34,694 nucleotides of DNA from a virus (IMGVR_UViG_3300031184_000007:1-34694); one strand, 5' to 3'; counted from the stretch's first letter, positions 26,265 through 34,553 are shown. Notes: a model not told the origin generated them from the letters alone. Numbers and translations: made by a program.

Positions 26265-26437
26265 TTATGGACTTCCCCCGGCTTTGCGCCACATTTCGGA
26301 CAGCTCCCGGTTGGATCTGGTTCAGTCCAGCCCATACCGGCGAGCGCCGAACCCTCGCCGGTATTGATTAAGGCATCCCAAAGCCACACCCCTATGCTCC
26401 GGCGCGGCACTCGCTCGCCTTTAACGCACTCGCTCAT
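26261..26437 (-). CDS. 58-aa hypothetical protein with CPKC
   Basis: ATGA coupling at both ends. Not in the ORF track. Confidence 0.55.
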   Translation of the reverse strand: MSECVKGERVPRRSIGVWLWDALINTGEGSALAGMGWTEPDPTGSCPKCGAKPGEVHK

Positions 26438-26631
26438 TTGACCGCTTCCGGCGTGCCGGACTTGAACACGATAAATTCCACCGTGGCCGTAGTCACTTCT
26501 CGCATGCGCTGATTCACGGAAACCGCACGCACACCGCGAACCCTACGCCCGTCTTGATCACGGACGACAAACCGTTCGCCCTCTTTTTCGACGTTCAATT
26601 CGCAGAACGTCTCATCGGCCGGCGCCATCAT
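26434..26631 (-). CDS. hypothetical protein
   Basis: ATGA coupling at both ends. Confidence 0.65.
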   Translation of the reverse strand: MMAPADETFCELNVEKEGERFVVRDQDGRRVRGVRAVSVNQRMREVTTATVEFIVFKSGTPEAVK

Positions 26632-27428
26632 GCCGCCCACGTCAGACAGAAATCGCCCGCCTTTTCCCAGGCGACCACATATCCCCATGCCTTGAGCAGG
26701 TCGACCGCCGCGAACTGGCCGCGCCCGTAGCGCTCCGCATTGTTGGGTTTCTGCTCGACCACCATGACCGGCCGATCACGTTGAATCGTGCGCGCGCCGC
26801 CCTGGACAACAGGAAGCTCGAACCCCTCGACGTCGATCTTGATGAAGTCAACGCCGTGCAAATTCAGGCTGTCGATCGTCACCGCCTCGACATGCGCGAT
26901 GCACGCGCCGGAGACACCCACCGGTGCGACGTGACCATTGCCGGAATTATCGGCCACCGTGACGATGTCCAGCTCGCCGCACTCGGCGCCGACCGCGCAT
27001 TCGATCAGCTTGACGTTGGGGCAATCTTCCGTGTTGATCCGAAAATGCGGATGCAACGCGGGCAATGGCTCAAAGGCGATCACCCGCGCGAACGAATGCG
27101 CGAGCACGCGCGACCAAAGCCCGATATGCGCACCCACGTCGAGTGCAAGCCCGCGCCTGGTCGCCACTTCTAACGCGCGCTCGATCTTGCTGAACTGATA
27201 GGTTCCCTTGCCTTCGAATGCCGGACCCTTTGCAAGATGCTCGGCGAAATGGGTATCCCCCAAAGGTAAGGAAATTCCTTCGACTATGCGCATTTCATAA
27301 AGCTCCGTATCATCGTTTGGGCACAACTTAATTTCCGGTCCGCGCGACTCACCGATCGCGCCGTCACGCGCACGCAAGGTCAGGTAGCCTTGCACGAACC
27401 CACATTTCGGACACATCCAAGTGCTCAT
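26628..27428 (-). CDS. FkbM-family methyltransferase with N-terminal CPKC...CP segment
   Basis: ALDVGAHIG, AFEP, DFIKIDVEGFE; ATGA coupling. Confidence 0.92.
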   Translation of the reverse strand: MSTWMCPKCGFVQGYLTLRARDGAIGESRGPEIKLCPNDDTELYEMRIVEGISLPLGDTHFAEHLAKGPAFEGKGTYQFSKIERALEVATRRGLALDVGAHIGLWSRVLAHSFARVIAFEPLPALHPHFRINTEDCPNVKLIECAVGAECGELDIVTVADNSGNGHVAPVGVSGACIAHVEAVTIDSLNLHGVDFIKIDVEGFELPVVQGGARTIQRDRPVMVVEQKPNNAERYGRGQFAAVDLLKAWGYVVAWEKAGDFCLTWAA

Positions 27429-27661
27429 GCCGGCATGTCCGGAACCTTGTGAATCGGCCAAGCGTCCATAAGCTCGGCTTGCCGGCGAGCAGCCTCGACG
27501 ATGTTCGGCGCCGCGCCCTTGGCTTCCGCCTCGTTCGCCCAAAAACGAACTGTCCGCGCGGCGACCGCATCGGAACCACGGACCAGGAAAACGGGTTCAT
27601 CGTCCGGTATGAGCCCGGCCGGATCTTGAATGCGGTCATAGTCTGGGCGCGCGTGTTTCAT
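27425..27661 (-). CDS. conserved phage hypothetical protein (DEPVFLVR motif)
   Basis: TGATG/ATGA coupling; DEPVFLVRGSD..A..TVRFWA. Confidence 0.75.
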   Translation of the reverse strand: MKHARPDYDRIQDPAGLIPDDEPVFLVRGSDAVAARTVRFWANEAEAKGAAPNIVEAARRQAELMDAWPIHKVPDMPA

Positions 27662-28209
27662 CAGTTCCTCACTAACCAAAAAGTCAAAGACTTCGAACCC
27701 TCAATCATGTCCCGGATCTGCCAATGATCCGAAATTGTCGCGAGCTTATCGCGCCACCATTCCAGACCTTGAACAATCAGATGCGCGTTTCGCCCATCGG
27801 GAAGCTGTTGCTTCGCCGGCTTCGTCGCGATGTGCAAATAAATTCCCATCTGTGCAAGCTCGGCTATATGCCGGAGAACATTATATAAAAGCTCCGGTTC
27901 GATATGCTCTAGAACATCCGTGCAAATCACAAGGTCCGCAGGCTCCGGCATATCTGAAAATTCAATAACACCAGGATCATAACACCGAATATTCAAATCC
28001 GGATAATGTTCAATTAAAGTCGCTTGTCCGCAACCATAATCAATTATCGACATTTGTCCGCCTTCATCACCAAGCGAACTCATAAATTCAATAATGTCAT
28101 TACCGTACTTATAACCTTTGTTTCCCCATGGCATCGACTGATGCATTTCATGTAGTAGTTCGCAATAACCAGGGGAAACCAGGTCGTCATAACGAAACGG
28201 TTTAGGCAT
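27661..28209 (-). CDS. class I SAM methyltransferase (paralog group B)
   Basis: IIDYGCG, YDPGV, CTDVLEHI, NAHL. Confidence 0.9.
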   Translation of the reverse strand: MPKPFRYDDLVSPGYCELLHEMHQSMPWGNKGYKYGNDIIEFMSSLGDEGGQMSIIDYGCGQATLIEHYPDLNIRCYDPGVIEFSDMPEPADLVICTDVLEHIEPELLYNVLRHIAELAQMGIYLHIATKPAKQQLPDGRNAHLIVQGLEWWRDKLATISDHWQIRDMIEGSKSLTFWLVRN

Positions 28210-28802
28210 TATCTCATATCCTTAAGCAGCCAACGGGTACACTTAGAAGATTTGTCAGGTATTTGTTCGACGATCTCCAGACCCATTTTCTTAAGTTGTT
28301 CTAATCCGTCGGTATTTGTCCGTATATCCGTAATTACAAAACCACCCGGCTTAACACAACGCATCACGGTTTCGGAATAAATGGAAATCGGGTAATGATG
28401 ACCCCAAGAACGACAGGAAATAATCAAATCAACTTGAGTATTAATCTTCTCAGGTTCTGAGAAATGTTCGAACACTTCCACCGAATGACCAAGGTTCTCC
28501 CTCACGATCGCCGCGCCGAACCGAACATCATTCCAAGCCTTGGTATCATCCTTGAAACCGGACCGCTTTTCCACAGTACCGTCGCCTGTACCATCAACCA
28601 GATGGATTTCAGTAACCGGCGCATGTTGAGCAATGAAAATATCGATGATTGCCCAACCGCAACCCAAATCTAAAAGCGAATGTGGTGCAAGTTTTTCAAT
28701 AACAGGCTTCATACATTCAAACTGAATGGTCGCTTGGTCTACCCGCGTGTTACCAATTACTTTACCAATACGTTCGACGACAACACGCGGATAAACTATC
28801 AT
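28209..28802 (-). CDS. class I SAM methyltransferase (paralog group A)
   Basis: LLDLGCG, HLVDG, AWNDV, SWGHHYP, KPGG. Confidence 0.88.
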   Translation of the reverse strand: MIVYPRVVVERIGKVIGNTRVDQATIQFECMKPVIEKLAPHSLLDLGCGWAIIDIFIAQHAPVTEIHLVDGTGDGTVEKRSGFKDDTKAWNDVRFGAAIVRENLGHSVEVFEHFSEPEKINTQVDLIISCRSWGHHYPISIYSETVMRCVKPGGFVITDIRTNTDGLEQLKKMGLEIVEQIPDKSSKCTRWLLKDMR

Positions 28803-28805
28803 GTT

Positions 28806-29141
28806 TTAGATTTCCTTGAACAACAGAGCAACAGCCAAAGTCGCTTCCGCTTCTTCGAGAGTTGGGCTGTAGAAACGAACGGAAGGAAACGGAGGTTCGA
28901 TAATTATATTGTTGTCAGGGTTTCCAATATTTATCGAAACACTCGCGGAATTTTTATTACTGAAATTGAACTTACTCAACGCACCAACACCTAAAGTTGT
29001 CGCATGAATTGAAAGCAATTCACAATCGACAGCTTCGAAAACATCTCCAGAAACAGAACCCATGGCGTCAGTCAATTCAAGATCCCATTCGATCGTAAAC
29101 AACTTGTTACCAACGTTAGTTTTTGTATATGGAACAGTCAT
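28806..29141 (-). CDS. hypothetical beta-rich protein
   Basis: ATGA coupling with the FkbM stop; low GC. Confidence 0.7.
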   Translation of the reverse strand: MTVPYTKTNVGNKLFTIEWDLELTDAMGSVSGDVFEAVDCELLSIHATTLGVGALSKFNFSNKNSASVSINIGNPDNNIIIEPPFPSVRFYSPTLEEAEATLAVALLFKEI

Positions 29142-29749
29142 TTCCACCTCATACAGAAATCGTGTTTAATCTTCCATTCGACCGTTGCGCCCCACTTCTC
29201 TAGCATGGTCACAGTGGCGCGTTGTTCCAAACCATACCGACTTTCATGTTTCTGCTCGACCACTATCACCGGCCGGTCGCGGCGAATTGTTTCTTCGCCT
29301 CCCTCGACGACGAATGTTTCGAACCCCTCGACATCAATTTTGATGAAGTCGACCTGCGTCAACTTAAAATCATCAAGAGTCCGCATGTCGATTTCAACTT
29401 CACCACGCACATCAGCCGGTGAAATATGCGAACCAAACGGGTGTTTTAAGTTATCCAAATATGCAATCCCGTTTAGATTGCCGATCGCAACTGACGAAAC
29501 CTTCACCGACGGTCGATTGATGACATTTTCGCGTAGCGCGATAACACTATCCGGATGCGGTTCGAAAGCTGTTATCCACTCAAAGACGGCGACAAGTTGA
29601 ATCGTCCAAAGTCCAATGTTTGCACCCACGTCGAGCGCATGGCGACGCTGACGACAGAACGGCAATGCCCGCGCCAACCGATCGCCCTGGTAAGGTTCGG
29701 GTGCCGCAAGGATTTTCTGCATCTTCCGATCGTAATCCACAAACTTCAT
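29138..29749 (-). CDS. FkbM-family methyltransferase
   Basis: ALDVGANIG, AFEP, DFIKIDVEGFE; ATGA coupling. Confidence 0.92.
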   Translation of the reverse strand: MKFVDYDRKMQKILAAPEPYQGDRLARALPFCRQRRHALDVGANIGLWTIQLVAVFEWITAFEPHPDSVIALRENVINRPSVKVSSVAIGNLNGIAYLDNLKHPFGSHISPADVRGEVEIDMRTLDDFKLTQVDFIKIDVEGFETFVVEGGEETIRRDRPVIVVEQKHESRYGLEQRATVTMLEKWGATVEWKIKHDFCMRWK

Positions 29750-30552
29750 TGCCAATGCGCCTCACCGCGCTTCACGTATCCGCGCGGCGTGCGACCGCCG
29801 GCTTTGAATTTCCCTTTGGCGTGGTCGAGACGTTCGGCCAGCCGAGAATAAACGAACGGATGTGACGACCGCCGCGCCATATCGTTGCCGGATAGGCTGA
29901 CAGGTTTAGGAAAGTCCCCCCGCGCGACCGCACGCGCAACAAGCTGTTGCAACACAAAGCTGTCGTGGGTTTCCTGGAACTTGAAAACGTAATCGGTCGC
30001 ATAGACGTCGCGAAACCAGGTCATGAACGGCACATGCGCCGGGTGCGTCTCGTTGAACACCACGAACCCGCATTCTGGATACCAGGCCGCACGATCGAGC
30101 CAGGCCATGTAAAACGCCGGGTCCTTCACCAGGGATTGCAGCCAATCGAGCGTCACGGTTGCGTGTGTCACCACGTCCGCATCGCACATGATCAACCACC
30201 CCGGCGCGGCCGGCGGCCGCGCGGCCGCGTCAGTCAGCGCCGCGACCTTGTGCGCGAACCGAACGCAATCGCGGCGATAGCTATACGGCTTGCCCTTACG
30301 CAGGTCGATCTTGCCGAACCGCGCTTTGTTCCGCCCGTGCGCGTCCGGGTTGTCGGCGTGCCGGACCTTCCAAGCTTCAAACCATTCCGGCAACTGGCGT
30401 TGGACGACGCCGGCAACGTCGACCGTGAACCCTTCGGCGTAAACCTCAAGCGTCGCCTGCTTCGGCCAGTGCTCGACGAAGGTTTCCGCCATACGCCGGC
30501 CGGTCTGTTTCCAGCCTTCCGCGTTGCATGTGCTGACGATTCTAATCTGCAT
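29746..30552 (-). CDS. GT-A fold nucleotide-sugar transferase
   Basis: RFAHKV, WLIMCDADV (DxD), ECGFVVFN, HDSFV, DHAKG. Confidence 0.8.
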   Translation of the reverse strand: MQIRIVSTCNAEGWKQTGRRMAETFVEHWPKQATLEVYAEGFTVDVAGVVQRQLPEWFEAWKVRHADNPDAHGRNKARFGKIDLRKGKPYSYRRDCVRFAHKVAALTDAAARPPAAPGWLIMCDADVVTHATVTLDWLQSLVKDPAFYMAWLDRAAWYPECGFVVFNETHPAHVPFMTWFRDVYATDYVFKFQETHDSFVLQQLVARAVARGDFPKPVSLSGNDMARRSSHPFVYSRLAERLDHAKGKFKAGGRTPRGYVKRGEAHWQ

Positions 30553-31069
30553 AGGTCGCCCGTATGATGAGATCCGGCCGCGTCTCGAAACGATTCAATT
30601 TGGCATCCCACCAACTCGACGGTTGCACGGTGAGGTGAACGTTTTCGCCGTTGTCGAACACCTTTCCGGCAAGCCTGGTGCTGATGTGAAAATAAGCGAA
30701 CACCGGTCCGGTCTGATGCAAAGACCCGAAAATGTCGGCAAGGATCATGTCGACATCGTCCGGGTCAATGTGTTCCATGACGTCGGTACAGATGACACCG
30801 CCGAATGTACCGTCTGGTTTATTGCCGATCTGTAGAACACCCGGATCATAGCAATAAGGAAGGAGGCCGCCCCATTGATCATGAATCCGTTTTTCTAAGT
30901 ATTGGTAGCCTTTACCAGATCCATAATCTAGCAATCGATCAGGTTTCGACCACTCGACTAATTTTCTTATTTCTCTGATTTGTGCCTGACTTACTTTACC
31001 AGAGAAATGTTTTTCATATGTCGCGTGATGTTCCCGGTACAACTTCGCGTAATTGCGTTTTAATTTCAT
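30542..31069 (-). CDS. class I SAM methyltransferase (paralog group B)
   Basis: LLDYGSGKG, YDPGV, CTDVMEHI, NVHL. Confidence 0.9.
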   Translation of the reverse strand: MKLKRNYAKLYREHHATYEKHFSGKVSQAQIREIRKLVEWSKPDRLLDYGSGKGYQYLEKRIHDQWGGLLPYCYDPGVLQIGNKPDGTFGGVICTDVMEHIDPDDVDMILADIFGSLHQTGPVFAYFHISTRLAGKVFDNGENVHLTVQPSSWWDAKLNRFETRPDLIIRATYAD

Positions 31070-31874
31070 TGACGCCCCATCCGCTCGCGATCTCACTTGC
31101 GCGAAATTGACAGTAAGCTAGACTGGCAAGCAGCGATAGACGCCCCCCGTCTGGTGCAAGTAGCGGGTCCTCTATGTCGTCGATCTGGCGCGACGATATG
31201 GGACCCGCGATCGCGTCGCCGAGCACGATCGACGGCACGCCGGCAAGCATCGCCTCAAAGCAAGCATTCGAGCCGTAAGTGATCAGCGCATGTGCATCGT
31301 CCAAGATCTCGTAAATTGATTTATGCCGAGACAAGGTCGTTCCCGCAACTGGTACCACGTCGGACATCGAAGGCTTGGGACGATACCAAATCTTGCGCGT
31401 GCATCCTGCCGCACGAATATCACGCACAATCTCGGCGACATATTCGGCCGGCTCCGGAAGATCATGCGTGATGTAATATTTACGGCCACCGCCCGCGATG
31501 ATCACAGGGGAAGCGGGGTGCGGTTGACGCCATGGTTTTGGGTTCCATCCTTGCGCGGCCGCACGCGCGTAGTCGCGCGGGATTTTGCCGAGATAGTCAG
31601 TCGGCTGGTGCGCGTCGATCGCCATGCGCCACCAATCATCCCGGCGATCATATCCTTTGTCGAAGATCAGGACCCGTTGACCGGCCGCGACGCAGGCTTC
31701 ACGCAGCACGATCGACTTGAGCCCGACCATAATCGCGACATCAGCCGGGATAGGGTTCCCCCTGTTCGGCGCGACCGTGACATGATCGCCAGTTATGCGG
31801 CACCCTTTCACCCAAGCTTCGCAAAGGGGTGCTTCGCGCGACTTGCCTTCCGCGATGTAGAAAACGAACTTCAT
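31014..31874 (-). CDS. GT-B glycosyltransferase, KpsS/Capsule_synth-like (paralog 3)
   Basis: DKGY, YRPKP, ALITYGSNACFEAMLAGVP, LAYCQF..SEIASG; TGATG coupling. Confidence 0.75.
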   Translation of the reverse strand: MKFVFYIAEGKSREAPLCEAWVKGCRITGDHVTVAPNRGNPIPADVAIMVGLKSIVLREACVAAGQRVLIFDKGYDRRDDWWRMAIDAHQPTDYLGKIPRDYARAAAQGWNPKPWRQPHPASPVIIAGGGRKYYITHDLPEPAEYVAEIVRDIRAAGCTRKIWYRPKPSMSDVVPVAGTTLSRHKSIYEILDDAHALITYGSNACFEAMLAGVPSIVLGDAIAGPISSRQIDDIEDPLLAPDGGRLSLLASLAYCQFRASEIASGWGVNEIKTQLREVVPGTSRDI

Positions 31875-31996
31875 CAGTGACACCCTCGTTTAAAACACGG
31901 AACCGGAAGATTCTGCTTGTCGAGGGTGAACCCCTCACCGCCGCATCCACGATCACCGCGAAACCACATCCATAGCCGACCAAGCCACCACCTCAC
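31874..31996 (-). CDS. 40-aa Trp/Arg-rich peptide
   Basis: GTGA overlap upstream, TGATG downstream; fills the gap exactly. Confidence 0.5.
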   Translation of the reverse strand: MRWWLGRLWMWFRGDRGCGGEGFTLDKQNLPVPCFKRGCH

Positions 31997-32820
31997 TCGA
32001 TGATCCTCCGGATATGTTCCCAGGCCGCGCCGGAGCGCATCTCCGACGGCGCCCATTGCGCATAAGCGACATCGGCGAGCAGGGCCCGGCGTTCGTCGAG
32101 CGACAGTACCGGCGCGCGCTGCGCGACCGCGTCGAGCATCGACGGCACCGACACCATTTTGCCGACACCCTTCGCCGCCCATGACGGTACCGCCGCAACC
32201 AAGCCATCGACCGCGACGTTTGAATGATGGGTGACGATCATGCCAACGCGCTTAAGAACATCGGCAATCGGCTCGATCGCGTCCAAGCTCGCCGGCTTGG
32301 GTCGATAGATCACCTCGACCGTGGGAAATTCTTTCTTGATCTGGGCAACCGTGCGAAGTTCCCACTCTAGCGGCTTGAACCCATGGGTTCCGGCCGCCTT
32401 GCCAGACATGCCGGCGACCAGCACCGCGCCCGGCTGCTCGCCGGTGCGGTTCGGCGCGACCTCGATTCCCAGATCATCCCACCGATCGGCCGGCATGCCG
32501 CGCGCCATGGTGTCGGCGGTGTCCCAACCATCCACCGAAAGCCGGTGATGTCCCTCCCGCGCGCCGCCCTTGTCGCCGACCGGCTTGCGGTTGAAATAAC
32601 CCATGTCGAAATAAGCGAAATGGCCGCCCGCTCGCCGATATGCGGTAAAAACCGCTTCGTGGTTCCAGCCGTATGCGATGACAACATCGGCGACCACGTC
32701 ACCGGTCCACCGCCTTAAGATTGGCGCGCGGATGCCATGCACGGTCAACCCTATCTGCATGGCATCCGCGATATGGTTGGCACGGCCGTTTTGCGGGAAG
32801 GCGTAAAGAGCGACTTTCAT
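31993..32820 (-). CDS. GT-B glycosyltransferase, KpsS/Capsule_synth-like (paralog 2)
   Basis: DMGYF, YRPKP, IVTHHSNVAVDGLVAAVP, AYAQW..SEMRSG. Confidence 0.75.
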   Translation of the reverse strand: MKVALYAFPQNGRANHIADAMQIGLTVHGIRAPILRRWTGDVVADVVIAYGWNHEAVFTAYRRAGGHFAYFDMGYFNRKPVGDKGGAREGHHRLSVDGWDTADTMARGMPADRWDDLGIEVAPNRTGEQPGAVLVAGMSGKAAGTHGFKPLEWELRTVAQIKKEFPTVEVIYRPKPASLDAIEPIADVLKRVGMIVTHHSNVAVDGLVAAVPSWAAKGVGKMVSVPSMLDAVAQRAPVLSLDERRALLADVAYAQWAPSEMRSGAAWEHIRRIIE

Positions 32821-33605
32821 TTCTTGGGCACCTTCATAAGCATCCGGAAAGGTTCACCGCTGGAGATCTCGGCGACCGTCCATTGTGACCATGCCATACG
32901 CTCAAACATCGGCACGCGATCGCCGAGGAACGGGTTCTCGATCGTGTCGAACCCGAACCGCGCAGCCGGCGCACCTATCCAGCCGGGAAGCTCATAAAAC
33001 GCCGGCACGCCGAGCATGATGGATTTTAGCGCCGCGCCCGAACCCCAAGTCACCACGGCGTGACATCCCGCGAGCGCGGGCGCCAGCGGCTTGGCGAGCG
33101 ACTTCAATCCAGGGTGAGGCCGAACCCGGATCTCGCGCCGCGTCACCTTCTTCAAACGCTCGACGATCAGGCGCGGCCAGCTCGCCGGCATGGCCACGCC
33201 AGGCGCACCGATGCCACGTTGCGGCAACACCAGGATGAAACCGCCTTCCTCCCGCCACGGCCTCAGATTTTGGCCCATGAGCGGAAAACGCGCGGTTTCC
33301 CCCTGATACCAGCGACCGCACCCGTTGTGATGGTCGATCGCCAGGCTGAACCATTGATGGCCGTCCTGGTCGACCGCGTCCGTATAGCCGTTCTCGGCGA
33401 CGATGATCCGAGAATGTGCATGGTCATGCCGCCGCGCTTCATACTGAAATTGACTGCCGCGATTCCAGATAACAAGAATGTCGTCGCGGTCGATCTTCCT
33501 AAGCGGTTTGGTAGTTACGATGTAACCGGCGGCCGCGAGCCCTTTTATAAAAGCTTCGTGCCTATAATGCACACTCGTTCTTATTAAACAAACCGCAGTC
33601 GGCAT
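32817..33605 (-). CDS. GT-B glycosyltransferase, KpsS/Capsule_synth-like (paralog 1)
   Basis: ENGY, LVLPQ, VRPHP, VVTWGSGAALKSIMLGVP, AWSQW..AEISSG. Confidence 0.78.
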   Translation of the reverse strand: MPTAVCLIRTSVHYRHEAFIKGLAAAGYIVTTKPLRKIDRDDILVIWNRGSQFQYEARRHDHAHSRIIVAENGYTDAVDQDGHQWFSLAIDHHNGCGRWYQGETARFPLMGQNLRPWREEGGFILVLPQRGIGAPGVAMPASWPRLIVERLKKVTRREIRVRPHPGLKSLAKPLAPALAGCHAVVTWGSGAALKSIMLGVPAFYELPGWIGAPAARFGFDTIENPFLGDRVPMFERMAWSQWTVAEISSGEPFRMLMKVPKK

Positions 33606-34230
33606 AAGGGTAAGCTCTCAAAATACTATTTCGTGCGACGTTTAAGACTTCAATGCCCCAAGATCTTAGAATTCCAGCTTGCCGGTCGAGGTCGTTCGCC
33701 CATTTCTTAAATTCAAAAGCACTTGGATTGCGAAGTCCCGGCCCATGGTCCGGATGCCAGTGCGCCCCGCAATAATCCAGACATAGCAATATCTTAGACG
33801 CCCCAAACTGCGCCGCAAGATTAACCGCCTGAAATCCTGAATTGCCACCATAACCGACGGTGCCGACCGGCTGCCTGATCATTTCTGTTAGCCTAAGTTT
33901 TGTCGGACCCTTCGCAATGGTCACAGGGTAGACGCCTGAGTCCAAATAACGAATGTGATCATCGGCGCAGAACCGCCAACCATCGAACTTGCGTGCGCGC
34001 GGGTACGCGCGCCAGAAACCTGAATCGGCCGCGTAAAGGACTTCGGCCGATGGCATCAATTCGAATGACCGGTTTATCGCGATCACCCGCACCGCTCCCG
34101 GCCGGAGCGTATCGGCCACCGTCTTCGCCGACATACCAGCGCCGAGAACCAAGACGGTTTCCCCACGCCAGTCCGGGAACGTGTCTCGCTCGCCGGCTGG
34201 CGTGCGTGCGGACGCGCTTATGCGTTTCCC
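33562..34230 (-). CDS. Maf/DUF115 (GT29/GT42-like fold) transferase domain, probably reached by -1 frameshift
   Basis: FPDWRGETVLVLGAGMS, IAIN, YAAD, GGNSGFQAVNLAAQFGASKILL.LD. The conserved-looking N-terminus lies upstream of the first start codon (TTG 34152). Confidence 0.7.
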   Translation of the reverse strand, partial: GKRISASARTPAGERDTFPDWRGETVLVLGAGMSAKTVADTLRPGAVRVIAINRSFELMPSAEVLYAADSGFWRAYPRARKFDGWRFCADDHIRYLDSGVYPVTIAKGPTKLRLTEMIRQPVGTVGYGGNSGFQAVNLAAQFGASKILLCLDYCGAHWHPDHGPGLRNPSAFEFKKWANDLDRQAGILRSWGIEVLNVARNSILRAYPYADCGLFNKNECAL

Positions 34231-34553
34231 GGTATCTTGGGCGGCCGTCCGGGTCCACGCTTCTCCGGTTCTGGTGCCGGCGCGGGCGGAGCTACCGGCG
34301 CGGCGAGCACACTGGCGGCTGGTGGTGCTGGTGGAGCGACAGGTGCAACGGGTGCGGCTGGCGCCACCGGGGCATTCATCGCGTGCTCGATCCGGGAAAT
34401 AACCCGCTTCACCTTACCACGACGTTCCCACCGCGCAGCCGTGGCTTCGTTGACGTCCTGGATCGTCCCCTTAGCGATTCTGGTAGCCTTTCGGGTCCCG
34501 TCTTCGTTCGCGACTTCGTATTCGGCGTCCTCGATAAATTCGATCTTTGGCAT
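34218..34553 (-). CDS. small post-capsid protein with Ala/Pro linker and AT-hook-like KRGPGRPPK
   Basis: GGTG RBS, ATG 34553; position typical of capsid-adjacent genes. Confidence 0.8.
   Translation of the reverse strand: MPKIEFIEDAEYEVANEDGTRKATRIAKGTIQDVNEATAARWERRGKVKRVISRIEHAMNAPVAPAAPVAPVAPPAPPAASVLAAPVAPPAPAPEPEKRGPGRPPKIPGNA

Larger units (their letters stand above)
1112..33928 (+). repeat. dispersed, strand-polarised 12-mer ATGRTCACAGGG (10 exact copies plus variants)
   Basis: Exact copies start at 1112, 3445, 4587, 5111, 12141, 12880, 18117, 23557, 31498, 33917. Variants at 1718, 9154, 18749, 29205. No CCCTGTGA seen on + by eye. Confidence 0.9.

Noticed and set aside
23304-31069. 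Methyltransferases as a restriction-modification or DNA methylase set
   Set aside because: No DPPY/NPPY/SPPY or PC catalytic motifs, no nuclease partner, and the context is glycosyltransferases and virion genes.
1112-33928. Polar 12-mer as canonical KOPS, Chi or a CRISPR repeat
   Set aside because: It does not match GGGNAGGG or GCTGGTGG; spacing is irregular and kb-scale, with no spacer array or cas genes.
34270-34375. Low-complexity GC repeats
   Set aside because: They encode the Ala/Pro/Val linker of ORF 34218-34553 and are not an independent element.
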